A DNA stretch of 52,776 nucleotides from Candidatus Staskawiczbacteria bacterium. Its GTDB lineage: Bacteria; Patescibacteriota; Minisyncoccia; Minisyncoccales; Staskawiczbacteraceae. The DNA lies in NCBI GenBank assembly GCA_943357015.1, contig CALRFZ010000001.1:1-52776 (forward strand), read 5' to 3'. Numbering within the stretch: position 1 is the first letter of the stretch; each line of letters begins with the position of its first letter. The notes under the pieces are model-generated. The model was not told the DNA's origin. It did no database searches and saw nothing but the letters and a program-made list of their open reading frames with translations. Below, piece after piece: positions 1 to 9,742 of this stretch. Made by a program: the position numbers and the translations under genes.

Positions 1-536
1 CTAAAAACTTCTTTAAATGTATGAATATTTTTATCTTGTAATTCCTGGGGCAACTTCCATTTGCCAATAATATTATCATTGCCATCAATAATAGTTCCAA
101 GGGTAAATACAGCGGGAACACTTGGGTTTTGCATTAAAAATTCTACCTCTTTTTTAACAATATCAGTTTGATATAAATCATCTTGATGGCAAAAAATAAT
201 AAAATCTCCCTTAATTTCTCCTGATTTTATTAATGTGTTGCAATGATTAAAAACCACGTCATACATTTTTTTGGTCGTTGGAATATTTTTTTCAGCAATA
301 TCAGAAAATTCTTCTTTTTTAAGGTTTGGAATATTGTACCGATAGCTAACTTTCGGGTTTTTAAACGCAATTTCTTTGGCGACTTGTTCGGTATTATCAG
401 TGGATTGATTATTGGAAATGATAATTTGGGTGTTAGCGTAAGTCTGGTTAATAAGCGGAGTCAATGACTTTTTCAGTAAAGGAGCGTAATTATAAGTTAA
501 AAAGCAAACTGTTACTAGTGGATTTTTTTCATTCAT
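1..536 (-). CDS. Family-2 (GT-A) glycosyltransferase, 3'-truncated by window edge
   Basis: Not in the ORF track because there is no stop inside the window. The reverse strand from ATG at 536-534 translates MNEKNPLVTVCFLTYNYAPLLKKSLTPLINQTY..IISNNQSTDNT.., a GT2 N-terminal pattern. It stays open to position 1. The start overlaps the stop of the upstream gene (ATGAATGA). Confidence 0.75.
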   Translation of the reverse strand, partial: MNEKNPLVTVCFLTYNYAPLLKKSLTPLINQTYANTQIIISNNQSTDNTEQVAKEIAFKNPKVSYRYNIPNLKKEEFSDIAEKNIPTTKKMYDVVFNHCNTLIKSGEIKGDFIIFCHQDDLYQTDIVKKEVEFLMQNPSVPAVFTLGTIIDGNDNIIGKWKLPQELQDKNIHTFKEVF

Positions 537-1560
537 TGGTTATCTGTTTAATAATAGTGTCGGCAAAATATTGGGCTGAAAATGGATAGGCTTTTTGGCT
601 AGTCAAAAAAAGTTTAATGTTATTTATGTGATCTAGATAATCTTTATCGGGCATATTTTTAATGTAGCTATAAAGTTTCTCGTAGGTGTCAAAATTTCTT
701 TTATCAATAAAAGTGTTGGATGGAATGTGATCTGTGATATTGCTCGCCCCCAAATAAATTGGCACGCAGCCTGCTAAAAAGCAATCAAATATTTTTTCGG
801 TAATATAGCCCTCAATATCTCTAACATTTTCATAGCAGATGGAGAATTTATATTTTTTATAAGTTTCATTTTTAGATTTAACTTTTCCTTTGTATGAAGG
901 GTAATTGGGTTTTAATAGTTTGGTTAAAAAAGTTAACCGGTTGAGGCGGGCAATATTTATTCCTAAAAAAGTCCCATGAAAATTATATCGGTCCCAGCCA
1001 ATCCCAAACAGGTCAAAATCTTCTAGGTGATGTCTTTCAAACCAGCGGATAGCTTTTACTCTTTCTGAATATAATTCCCCTTGATGTTTCGCAAGCTTAT
1101 TGCCAGCTATAATAGTGCATAGTTTATTTTTTTTATCGGTTTTAAAATTAAATGTTTTTGGAATGTCATGACTATAATTTAATTTAAAATATTTTTTATT
1201 ATCTATTACAGGGTCATTCCAAGTAAAAACTTTTTTAAAATGGGCATGGTTTTTTGTATCTAAATTATCAGGTTTTATTATGGGTGATTCTTGCGCGATA
1301 AGGTAAATATTTTTAAAGTCGTTTTTTATTAATTTTTTAAAATATGGGTTATTGATCCCAGGGAATTCAATAAATACTATGGCGTCAAAATTTTCTAATT
1401 TATCCATATCGATGGTGTTAACTTTGTGCCCCATTTTTTTTAATTGTGTGCCTAAAAAAACAAAAGGGTAAACTAAATTGTCTCCAAACCATGAATTAGG
1501 ATCCAAAAACATCCGATTTTTATTAAATGCTTTAGTGTGATTATAAAAGCCTATATGCAT
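529..1560 (-). CDS. GT10-like glycosyltransferase (alpha-1,3-fucosyltransferase-like)
   Basis: 343-aa ORF. The C-terminal motif FSICYENVRDIEGYITEKIFDCFLAGCVPIYLG matches the conserved GT10 FucT pattern (F.FENS...GYVTEK..D....G.VPIY.G). Confidence 0.6.
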   Translation of the reverse strand: MHIGFYNHTKAFNKNRMFLDPNSWFGDNLVYPFVFLGTQLKKMGHKVNTIDMDKLENFDAIVFIEFPGINNPYFKKLIKNDFKNIYLIAQESPIIKPDNLDTKNHAHFKKVFTWNDPVIDNKKYFKLNYSHDIPKTFNFKTDKKNKLCTIIAGNKLAKHQGELYSERVKAIRWFERHHLEDFDLFGIGWDRYNFHGTFLGINIARLNRLTFLTKLLKPNYPSYKGKVKSKNETYKKYKFSICYENVRDIEGYITEKIFDCFLAGCVPIYLGASNITDHIPSNTFIDKRNFDTYEKLYSYIKNMPDKDYLDHINNIKLFLTSQKAYPFSAQYFADTIIKQITNE

Positions 1561-1630
1561 GGTAATAAAATAAAAATTTAAAAGTTAAAAGTCAAAAATT
1601 AAGTTAATTTTGAATTTTATTTTTAATTAT

Positions 1631-2194
1631 TTAAATTTCTATCCCTTCCTGTTCTTTAATAAATTCTTTAAAGCTTTTGGCATTAGAGTCTTTTTCGGAT
1701 AAAATTGGCTGGCCAGTTAATTGCCAGTCAATATTTAAATCTGGATCACTCCACTTAATTTGACGTTCGGCATCGGGATTGTGATGGTTATCCATTTTGC
1801 AAAGCACCATAGTATTGTCAGTTAGGGCGCAAAGACCGTGAGCAAAGCCCCTAGGGATATAAATCATCTTTTTATTTTCAGCCGAAATTACAACACTACT
1901 CCATTGACCAAAAGTTGGAGAATTTTTTCTCAAATCCACAAACACGTCTAGGCTTTTTCCCTGCAAAACTCGGACTAATTTAGCTTCCGCATACGGCGGT
2001 AGCTGAAAATGTAAACCGCGAATAGTACCTTTTTTTAAGGATAAATTATGGTATTCCTGTACCCAATTTTTATTGATGTGGTTTTGCGCAAAAACTTTAT
2101 CGTCATAGGTGCGCATAAAAAAACCACGAAAGTCTTCTTTGGCTTCTAATTGAATTTCAAATACTCCTTTGATTTTATCCTCTTTTATCGTCAT
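1631..2194 (-). CDS. rfbC: dTDP-4-dehydrorhamnose 3,5-epimerase-like cupin (RmlC family)
   Basis: 187 aa with FRGFF..., GLHFQ, KLVRVLQG..DVFVDLR..SPTFGQW, IPRGFAHG, all typical of RmlC-family sugar-nucleotide epimerases. Confidence 0.8.
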   Translation of the reverse strand: MTIKEDKIKGVFEIQLEAKEDFRGFFMRTYDDKVFAQNHINKNWVQEYHNLSLKKGTIRGLHFQLPPYAEAKLVRVLQGKSLDVFVDLRKNSPTFGQWSSVVISAENKKMIYIPRGFAHGLCALTDNTMVLCKMDNHHNPDAERQIKWSDPDLNIDWQLTGQPILSEKDSNAKSFKEFIKEQEGIEI

Positions 2195-3165
2195 GCTATT
2201 TTTCTAATTTTGTTATGTAGTAATTTGCCAAATTTAACGACAGAGTTTGGTATGAAAAATACGAGGGTTGCTATAAATAATGGTAAGGGATATTTATAAA
2301 AAACCTGATAAATGCGTTTCAAATTAGTAAAAGAACATTTTAATCCAAATGTTTTGGCAATTAGTAATGCCATTGGCAAACTCTTAGAAAATCGGTTGGT
2401 ATTATAATCAATAAATTTTTTGCTATAACCAAATGCGCCTAGTTTTTCCCAAATTTTGACAAAATTTATGGCAGTTAAAAATGTGCCACCATTTTCTGCC
2501 CATCGGTAATCTTGGCCAGTATAAAGTAGGGGGGTTTTAATGTATCCTAGTGGCAGAATTGTGTTTCCAATCATTTTTAAAGCAAATTCATAGTAATTAA
2601 AATATGTCTGATAATTACTTTTGTCTACGGCAAGCCAAAGTTTTCGATTAACAATCAGGGCCCCTAGGGTGGCGATACAATAATTTTTGTTGCAAAATTC
2701 TTCAGCTGAATTTAAATATTCTACAAAATTTTCACTATTAAAAACTTTTTTTTCTAAAGCTTTTGCAATATCAATGAATGGATAAAAATGAATCCCTAAT
2801 AATGCAACTTCTTTTTTTTGCAAAACTTCAATTAATATGCTCAATGATCCATTTTGAATCGCGTCGTCATCTCCTATATGCCAGCAGTACTTTCCCGTCG
2901 CTTTCATTACAGAATTAGTGACGTTGTCGTCCATGCCGATATTTTCTTGATTTCTAAAGTATTTTAGATTAATGAAATTGGATTGGTAGTTCTTAACTAA
3001 ATTAAAGGTATTATCTTGACTAGCGTTATCTGATACGACAATTTCAATTAAATTTTTAACTTTCTCATCATCAAGCTGAATAAAAATACTATCCAGGCAA
3101 TTTTTTAAATAATTTGCTCGGTTGTATGTGGGGATGCAAATGCTAAGTAAAAATTTATTTTCCAT
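2191..3165 (-). CDS. Family-2 glycosyltransferase
   Basis: LSICIPTYNRANYLKNCLDSI ... VSDNASQDNT is an N-terminal GT-A/GT2 signature. Overlaps its neighbours by 4 nt, so it looks operonic. Confidence 0.8.
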   Translation of the reverse strand: MENKFLLSICIPTYNRANYLKNCLDSIFIQLDDEKVKNLIEIVVSDNASQDNTFNLVKNYQSNFINLKYFRNQENIGMDDNVTNSVMKATGKYCWHIGDDDAIQNGSLSILIEVLQKKEVALLGIHFYPFIDIAKALEKKVFNSENFVEYLNSAEEFCNKNYCIATLGALIVNRKLWLAVDKSNYQTYFNYYEFALKMIGNTILPLGYIKTPLLYTGQDYRWAENGGTFLTAINFVKIWEKLGAFGYSKKFIDYNTNRFSKSLPMALLIAKTFGLKCSFTNLKRIYQVFYKYPLPLFIATLVFFIPNSVVKFGKLLHNKIRKIA

Positions 3166-3166
3166 T

Positions 3167-3964
3167 TTATTTACTTTTTCTCTCTGCTAAATAGTTGGTG
3201 GTAAAAAACACCTCTTGGGTTTCATTATAATTTTTCAAGGGACAAAGTCCATCCCTTAAAACCCGATAAATATTATAGTTTTCTGATAATAGATAATAAA
3301 AATCTTTAAAATAAGTTCTGGAATCAATATTGGCGGCCGAAAATTCAAATTGGATAAAATCAATGTTTTTCTTTATCATTTCTTTTGCTCCTTGCAAGGC
3401 AAAAAATTCGTGACCCTCAATATCCATTTTTAAAAAGTGGATGTGGCTAACGTTATGTTGTCTACAAAAATCATCGATGGTTGTCAATTCGATTGTTTCA
3501 GAAATATTCATAACTCTATTTTCATGATCTAATTTTCTCTGGTAAACGCTAGCATACACAGAAGTTTGATAGTCATAAAAAAGTGACATTTTTTTAGCTT
3601 CATTGCTAAATCCAAGATTATGCAGTAAAACTTTTTTGCCAGCCAAATTTATTTTTAGTTTTTGAAACGTTGTATTAGAAGGTTCAAAAGCATGAATTTG
3701 AATTTTACGATTTTTGAGATGCTCTAAAAGCATGTTGGAATAATCTCCCAAATGCGCGCCAACATCAAAAATAACTAATGCTATACCATTAGGTAGTTTT
3801 TTTGATACATAATCAACCACATTTGCTTCGCCACTATTTTTAACCACGGCTCCACCGCTAAAATTCATTCCCACGAGAGAAGTTTTATAAAGGAATAAAA
3901 AAAATCTTTGCAAATAAACTCTACCTCTAATTAGTTCTCTAAAATAAGCGATTAGCTTTTTCAT
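3167..3964 (-). CDS. FkbM-family SAM-dependent methyltransferase
   Basis: FDVGAHLGDYS (SAM-binding G-loop), FEPSNTTFQKL, IHFLKMDIEGHEFFALQGA: the FkbM family pattern. Confidence 0.8.
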   Translation of the reverse strand: MKKLIAYFRELIRGRVYLQRFFLFLYKTSLVGMNFSGGAVVKNSGEANVVDYVSKKLPNGIALVIFDVGAHLGDYSNMLLEHLKNRKIQIHAFEPSNTTFQKLKINLAGKKVLLHNLGFSNEAKKMSLFYDYQTSVYASVYQRKLDHENRVMNISETIELTTIDDFCRQHNVSHIHFLKMDIEGHEFFALQGAKEMIKKNIDFIQFEFSAANIDSRTYFKDFYYLLSENYNIYRVLRDGLCPLKNYNETQEVFFTTNYLAERKSK

Positions 3965-4917
3965 AAATAATATTCTTTATTTTCTTTAAACCAATTTATG
4001 GTTTTGGCAATTCCTGATTCAAGGCTGTGAGTAGGTTTCCAGTTAAATTCAACTTTAGCTTTTTTGTTATTTGCTTGAAAAAAATCCGGCTCTTCATAGT
4101 AGCTTTTACGTTTGCCATATTTTGCATTAATTTTTTTGCCTAATAATTTTTCAATAGTTTTAACTACTGACTCAATATTATGTTGCCTGCCTGAGCCAAT
4201 GTTAAATGTGTCTGCCTGATAGCGTTTTTTATTTTTTATGATTTTTAAAAAGGCGTCAGTTAAGTCTTCAATAAAAATAAAATCCCTAACATAATTAGGC
4301 GAACTTAAATCTACATTTTTATTATCTAGGGCGTTTAAGATAATGTGGGGGATTAATCTTTGTCCATCTTCATAAAAACCGTAGGCGGTAAATAGTCTTA
4401 AGTTAATAACTGACATCTTGGTTTGCGCCACAACTTTTTTTAGCAATAATTCCGTGGTCAATTTGGTAATGTGATAAGCGTTTGACGGATCAACTGGGTC
4501 ATTTTCATTTAGGCTGGATTTTTTAGCCTTATATTCCCCGCAACTGGCAGTATGAATAAAACAGCGCACATTACAATTTTTTAGCGCATCAATTAAATTT
4601 AATGTTCCCTTGATATTAATATCAATCATTTTTCGCACATCTGTTTGAATAGCGCTGTAAACCCCATAAGTTGCTAAATGAAAAACAAAATCTGGCTTTA
4701 TATCATCAATGGTTTTTTGTAACTCTGCTAAGTTTTCAATGTCAGTATAATTAATGGTAATACTGCTTAATATGCCTTCTAGTCGCCACAAATTAACGCC
4801 ATTTTTTTCAATAATAAACACTTTAAAACCACTCTGCGAAATTAATTTTCTAGCTAAATTCGCCCCAATAAAACCTGCCCCACCGGTGATTAAAACTTTT
4901 TGGTTTTTTGTTGTCAT
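3961..4917 (-). CDS. NAD-dependent sugar epimerase/dehydratase (extended SDR)
   Basis: N-terminal KVLITGGAGFIGANL Rossmann motif and a Y..K catalytic region (AYHITK). Confidence 0.85.
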   Translation of the reverse strand: MTTKNQKVLITGGAGFIGANLARKLISQSGFKVFIIEKNGVNLWRLEGILSSITINYTDIENLAELQKTIDDIKPDFVFHLATYGVYSAIQTDVRKMIDINIKGTLNLIDALKNCNVRCFIHTASCGEYKAKKSSLNENDPVDPSNAYHITKLTTELLLKKVVAQTKMSVINLRLFTAYGFYEDGQRLIPHIILNALDNKNVDLSSPNYVRDFIFIEDLTDAFLKIIKNKKRYQADTFNIGSGRQHNIESVVKTIEKLLGKKINAKYGKRKSYYEEPDFFQANNKKAKVEFNWKPTHSLESGIAKTINWFKENKEYYL

Positions 4918-5054
4918 AGATTGAATTTAATTATAATATCACATCTTGGTAGGCGGTAGAATATTGACTTTACTTAAAAAATATTATAGTATTTTTGCAG
5001 AGTCGCTATTACTATTTTTAGGTTTTTGGGATATTTTTACCAGAAAGGTGTATT

Positions 5055-5831
5055 ATGTTTAGCAGTCATAATGCCAAAGAATCTTTGAAAAGCGTTAATT
5101 GGGTAGAGGGCAAGATTTTCCCTGTTGCTCAAGGCCCGTATCGCTATCAGATTGTTGTTCACTGTAGTAGCGTGGGTCGTCAAAAGGCAGAGTTTGCCAA
5201 TGGCGAATATAGCTACTTTTGCTATGTGGAATTGTGCGCTGGCAATGGTTCGTGGATTGAAAAGGGCACTGGCATTGTTCCTGTGTTGCCAGACGGTCGT
5301 CTGTTAATGGTGATAGAACAACGTCCCGCTCAAGGGAGGTATACGAACCGATCAACTTTGGCCCAAATCGGTGGCAAAAAGGTTGATCTTGCTAAGTTTG
5401 GTCCCTACAGTTCCTTGGAATTTCCCGGTGGGGCTTTGGATCCAAACGAAGGTTTGAAAATGGGTGCCCTACGGGAATTGGTGGAAGAAACCGAAATCGA
5501 AAGCCAAGAAGCCACGCTTTACCGTTGCCTTCGCCCAGTCTATTTGTTTGGGTCGGACATCGCCATTCAACACTACTCTAGTTTTGTGTATCTTTCTGGT
5601 CTTAATTACCAAGAAAGGACAGAAGGCGACGGTGGCTTAAACGTGGTGGCGCTTACGAAAAAGGAGGTTATGGAAAACATCCATAATGGCGTCATTGCTT
5701 CTGGTCAGGCAGCTTTGGCTCCGTGGAACTTCTATCTTGAAGTTTCTCGTGGCTTTTTTCCCGCATCCGATTTGATTAAGTTTGGCTATATCAACATCGA
5801 AAAAATCAAAATTGCCAAACCGGCAAAGTAA
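5055..5831 (+). CDS. Nudix hydrolase-domain protein (GC-richer singleton)
   Basis: Nudix box GGALDPNEGLKMGALRELVEETEIE (G.5E.7REUxEExGU). GC is visibly higher than in the neighbours, which produces shadow ORFs at 5095-5355(-) and 5125-5307(+). It has its own terminator. Confidence 0.75.
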   Translation: MFSSHNAKESLKSVNWVEGKIFPVAQGPYRYQIVVHCSSVGRQKAEFANGEYSYFCYVELCAGNGSWIEKGTGIVPVLPDGRLLMVIEQRPAQGRYTNRSTLAQIGGKKVDLAKFGPYSSLEFPGGALDPNEGLKMGALRELVEETEIESQEATLYRCLRPVYLFGSDIAIQHYSSFVYLSGLNYQERTEGDGGLNVVALTKKEVMENIHNGVIASGQAALAPWNFYLEVSRGFFPASDLIKFGYINIEKIKIAKPAK

Positions 5832-5833
5832 TT

Positions 5834-5876
5834 AAAAAGGGGTACAGAGAGAATTTCTCTGTACCCATTTTTTTTG
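5834..5876. terminator. Bidirectional intrinsic terminator between convergent genes
   Basis: Stem gggtacagaga (5840-5850) pairs with tctctgtaccc (5856-5866), loop 5 nt. An A-run precedes it and a T-run follows. Confidence 0.7.
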
Positions 5877-5877
5877 T

Positions 5878-7668
5878 TTAACTTTGCAAGAAGTTATTTT
5901 TATGCCACTCAAAGGTTTCTTTAATGCCTTGCTCAAAATTGGTTTTTGGTTGCCAGTTTAGTTTTTCGCGGGCTTTTGACCAGTCTAAGTATTGCGCGGG
6001 GATTTCGTTTTTAGTTTCGTTTAAAATTCTATAATTTATTTTGATGCCCAAAATTTGTTCTGATTTTTTAATGACATCTAGTACGCTTAAAACATTTTCT
6101 GATCCAAAATTAAAAGCTTGGCCAAAACTTTCTTTGTGACTGGCCAGTTTAATGCAACCATCAACAATATCTTTAACATAAGTATATTCGCGTATCATAG
6201 TTCCGTCGCTTCGGATTGACAGTTCCTTGTTTCTTTTGATTGATTCTATGATCCCCGGAATAATTCGGGAAAAATTAAGGTCGCGAGGTCCAAAAACATT
6301 GGAAAATCGGGTAATTAAAATTGGTAGACCATAAGTTTTGGCATAGGTTTGAGCAATTAAATCGGCGGAAGATTTAGATACATCGTAAGGGTGATCGCCT
6401 TTTAACGGATGATTTTCTGCGTAAGGAAGACTATTGGATGTTCCGTAAGCCTTGTCTGATGAAACAATAATAATAGATTCTAAATTTTTACGTTGACGGC
6501 AGATTTCCAAAATGTTGGCGGTGCCCATAACATTGGTTTCTATAGCATCATAAGGATTTTGATAAACTTCCTGCACTAAAGGTTTGGCGGCAAAGTGATA
6601 AACAATAGTGGGATTTTCTTTGGCAAAAATGTCAGCAATTTTTTTGTCGCGAACATCCGCTTGATAAAAAATGGCTTCCTTGGGTAGATTTTCTTTTTTC
6701 CCAGAAGACAAGTCATCAATAACAACTACTCTTTGACCCTGATTGATTAATTCGTGCACCAAATTACTGCCAATAAAACCAGCGCCACCCGTAACTAAAA
6801 TTGTTTTTTGCTTTGACTCATCTAAGCCTTGCGCAAAGATGTCTGGAACTGGAATGAGTTTTGGTTTAATTGGGTTTTCTTGCCAAATACGCCATTTTGG
6901 GTCGGTTTCCCATAATTTGTTTAAATGTAAAAAATCTTTGTGAGTGTCCATACCATACCAAAAGCCTTCGTGTTTATAAAGCGCCAGTTGTTTTTGTGGA
7001 ATTAGTTTAATTAAAGCGTCCTCAATCATTTCTCCTGATTTAATATAGTCAAAAATTTCTTTATTAAAAACCATAAATCCGCCATTAACATAATCATAAA
7101 GCATTGGTTTTTGAGCAAATTCAGTAACTAAGCTGTTGTCATCGGAATTTACTAAGCCCCATTTTGATTCTGGATGTACGCCTGTAATAGTGGCAATTTT
7201 GCCGTGAGATTTGTGAAATTTAACTAAGGCGTCAATATCAATGTTGGCCACGCCATCGCCATAGGTAACCATAAATATGTCCTCTTTAATATAAGGCTTG
7301 ATTTTTAAAACTCTTTCGCCATGAGGAGTTTCTAGGCCGGTTTCAGCAAAAATAATATTAAAATCGTCTCTTTGAGTGTCGTTATCTAAGAAATTAATAA
7401 TTTCGCCTTTATTGGTATTTAGTAAAAAATCAGACGTATGATGTTTTTGTCTGATAAAGTAGTCTTTAACAGTGTTGCCTTTATAGCCCAGCGCCAGCAC
7501 AAAATCTTGATAACCATAATGGTTATATATTTTCATAATGTGCCACAAAATTGGTTTGCCACCAATTTCCACCAAAGGCTTGGGTTTAAATTCCGTTTCT
7601 TCTTTTAGACGAGTGCCTGTACCGCCACAAAGAATAATAACTTTAATTTTCTCAGATTCAGTATCCAT
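5878..7668 (-). CDS. Fusion protein: glucose-1-phosphate cytidylyl/nucleotidyltransferase (N-terminal) plus NAD-dependent sugar dehydratase/epimerase (C-terminal)
   Basis: The N-terminus IILCGGTGTRLKEETEFKPKPLVEIGGKPILWHIM is RfbF-like. The C-terminal half starts ILVTGGAGFIGSNLVHELI and has a YDVSK catalytic motif (SDR). Single uninterrupted 596-aa ORF. Confidence 0.8.
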   Translation of the reverse strand: MDTESEKIKVIILCGGTGTRLKEETEFKPKPLVEIGGKPILWHIMKIYNHYGYQDFVLALGYKGNTVKDYFIRQKHHTSDFLLNTNKGEIINFLDNDTQRDDFNIIFAETGLETPHGERVLKIKPYIKEDIFMVTYGDGVANIDIDALVKFHKSHGKIATITGVHPESKWGLVNSDDNSLVTEFAQKPMLYDYVNGGFMVFNKEIFDYIKSGEMIEDALIKLIPQKQLALYKHEGFWYGMDTHKDFLHLNKLWETDPKWRIWQENPIKPKLIPVPDIFAQGLDESKQKTILVTGGAGFIGSNLVHELINQGQRVVVIDDLSSGKKENLPKEAIFYQADVRDKKIADIFAKENPTIVYHFAAKPLVQEVYQNPYDAIETNVMGTANILEICRQRKNLESIIIVSSDKAYGTSNSLPYAENHPLKGDHPYDVSKSSADLIAQTYAKTYGLPILITRFSNVFGPRDLNFSRIIPGIIESIKRNKELSIRSDGTMIREYTYVKDIVDGCIKLASHKESFGQAFNFGSENVLSVLDVIKKSEQILGIKINYRILNETKNEIPAQYLDWSKAREKLNWQPKTNFEQGIKETFEWHKNNFLQS

Positions 7669-7714
7669 AAGTTTACGGATATATTAAACTAAATTGAGCA
7701 TAAACGCAAGATTC

Positions 7715-8512
7715 TTACATTAAGTTTTCAATACTAATGCCCATATAATAGCTTTCTAAGCCCTTGCCAATATCTAGGACTTGGTAACCCATAAAAGATA
7801 AGTCATAGATTGTGGTTTTAGCTAAGCCAGCTGACATTAAAATCACAAAGTTATTTTTAGGCAGACCCGTTTTATAAACAAGGTCAATAATATCTTGCTG
7901 TATTTTTTTTCGGCTCTCATATGTATTTTTATTTTCACAAATAATATACTGATAATTATTAGATGCTAGCGGGGAATTTTGAATTTTTATTTTATGATCA
8001 TAATTTGTAACAATAACAACTTTCTTGGTTTTTATGTAAGGCAATATAAGTTTTTCAAATTTTCCGTTTCTATAAAAAGCTAATTGATCAAAATATCTAG
8101 CATTTTTATTAAAAATTAATTCGTAAGTTATTTTAAATTGTCGGTAAAGATAAAACCGGTTAATTTTTTTTAACTGTAGGTTAGTATAGTTAACTGGCGG
8201 TGGAATTGAAATGATGTAGGGGGAATCATCGGAATAATTTTTAATAATTTTTAAAAAATCATTTCTAATTGCATCGCTATAAACTTGGTAGCGAACTTGG
8301 CAAAAATGTAGTAAGCCCATTTCTCCGTCACCAATTCTAATCATAGATTTGCCTTGATTAATGGCGCTAGCAAATTCTTCGTCGCTATAAAATGAACAAT
8401 TGTTGTGGTGGTTGTTTTGAAAATAACGGTAAAGATACATTAGAAAATATCTAGTATCCTTAAATAAATACCTGTTAATTACCTGATATGACCAGATTAA
8501 TTTTTCAAACAT
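7715..8512 (-). CDS. Hypothetical protein, weak resemblance to DUF1792/GT-D glycosyltransferases
   Basis: 265-aa ORF in the glycan locus. IRIGDGEMGLL resembles the (R/K)(F/Y)GDGE motif of GT-D enzymes. The function call is tentative. Confidence 0.5.
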   Translation of the reverse strand: MFEKLIWSYQVINRYLFKDTRYFLMYLYRYFQNNHHNNCSFYSDEEFASAINQGKSMIRIGDGEMGLLHFCQVRYQVYSDAIRNDFLKIIKNYSDDSPYIISIPPPVNYTNLQLKKINRFYLYRQFKITYELIFNKNARYFDQLAFYRNGKFEKLILPYIKTKKVVIVTNYDHKIKIQNSPLASNNYQYIICENKNTYESRKKIQQDIIDLVYKTGLPKNNFVILMSAGLAKTTIYDLSFMGYQVLDIGKGLESYYMGISIENLM

Positions 8513-8583
8513 TTGGGTTGATTTTTGCGGTTATAAATTATATTATAATAGAATAATTTTATACTAATCACAAGCTAAAAATA

Positions 8584-9738
8584 ATGGAAAAGGAGAGAAT
8601 TAGAGTGGTATTTTTCCTACCTTCTTTAGAGGTGGGTGGAACTGAAAGGGGAGTGGTTAATCTTGTTAATTATATTGATGAGCAAAAATATCGCGTATCA
8701 ATATTATTAGGGAAGTTAAAGGGTGATTTTATTAAAGAGGTAAAATCTAGTATTGAAATTGAAAATCTTAACGCTTCTGTAAGTTTGGGTTTATTTTTTT
8801 CTTTAGTTCGTTATTTTAAAACTCAAAAACCAGATATTTTTATATCGGCGTTTCCGCGCGTTAATGTAATTTGCATATTGGCTAAAATATTTTCGGGCGC
8901 GTCGGTTAAAATAATTATTACAGAGCACTCGGTGTTTTCTATGTTGCCGGTTATTGCCAAAACTTCTTTTCGTCGTCTAATTGCGCGTTTTTTTATGCCT
9001 GCTATGGTCAGATTTTTGTATCCTAAGGCTGATGCGATAATTTGTGTTGCCCGTGGCATTGCTAGTGACCTTCAGAAAAGTGTCAAAACCAAAAACGATA
9101 TTAAAGTTATATATAACCCAGTTATTAACGACGGTATTTATCAACTTGCCTTGGAGCAGGTTAATCACTTATGGTTTGTAAATCAGGATATTCCTGTTAT
9201 TGTTGCAGTAGGTAGGTTAGTTGAATGCAAAGATTATCCTAACCTTTTTAAGGCTTTTAAGCTAGTTCTAAAAAAAAAGCCTACGCGGTTGGTAATTTTA
9301 GGTGACGGTCCAGAAAAAGAAAATTTAAGAAATTTAGTTAATCAAATGGGCTTATCAAGCAGTATTGCTTTTTTGGGGTTTCAGTCAAACCCGTTTAAAT
9401 ATATGAAGCAATCCTCGGTTTTTGTTTTATCAAGCTTGCAGGAAGGTTTTGGAAATGTAATTATTGAAGCAATGGCCTGTGGAGTGCCTGTAGTATCTAC
9501 TAATTGCCCTGTTGGACCGGGAGAAATAATAGAAAATAATAAAAATGGTATATTGGTGCCTGTTGGTAATTATCAAAAAATGTCCGATGCAATTTTGGGT
9601 ATTTTAAATAATTTACAGTTAGCAAAAAATTTAATCAGTAGTGGCAAGGAGCGAGCAGAATTTTTTTCTGTAAATAAAAGCGTTGCAGAATATGAAAAAG
9701 TTTTTGAAGAATTAATGCAGGTGACACCAATTTACTAA
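8584..9738 (+). CDS. GT4 (GT-B, group 1) glycosyltransferase
   Basis: EGFGNVIIEAMACGVPVVSTNCPVGPGEII is the E..G....EAMA.G.PV signature. Confidence 0.85.
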   Translation: MEKERIRVVFFLPSLEVGGTERGVVNLVNYIDEQKYRVSILLGKLKGDFIKEVKSSIEIENLNASVSLGLFFSLVRYFKTQKPDIFISAFPRVNVICILAKIFSGASVKIIITEHSVFSMLPVIAKTSFRRLIARFFMPAMVRFLYPKADAIICVARGIASDLQKSVKTKNDIKVIYNPVINDGIYQLALEQVNHLWFVNQDIPVIVAVGRLVECKDYPNLFKAFKLVLKKKPTRLVILGDGPEKENLRNLVNQMGLSSSIAFLGFQSNPFKYMKQSSVFVLSSLQEGFGNVIIEAMACGVPVVSTNCPVGPGEIIENNKNGILVPVGNYQKMSDAILGILNNLQLAKNLISSGKERAEFFSVNKSVAEYEKVFEELMQVTPIY

Positions 9739-9742
9739 TTTT

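Noticed and set aside
243-467. 74-aa + ORF at the window start
   Set aside because: It is antisense to the GT2 gene that runs from 536 off the window edge, and its sequence is F/I/N-rich with no recognisable pattern.
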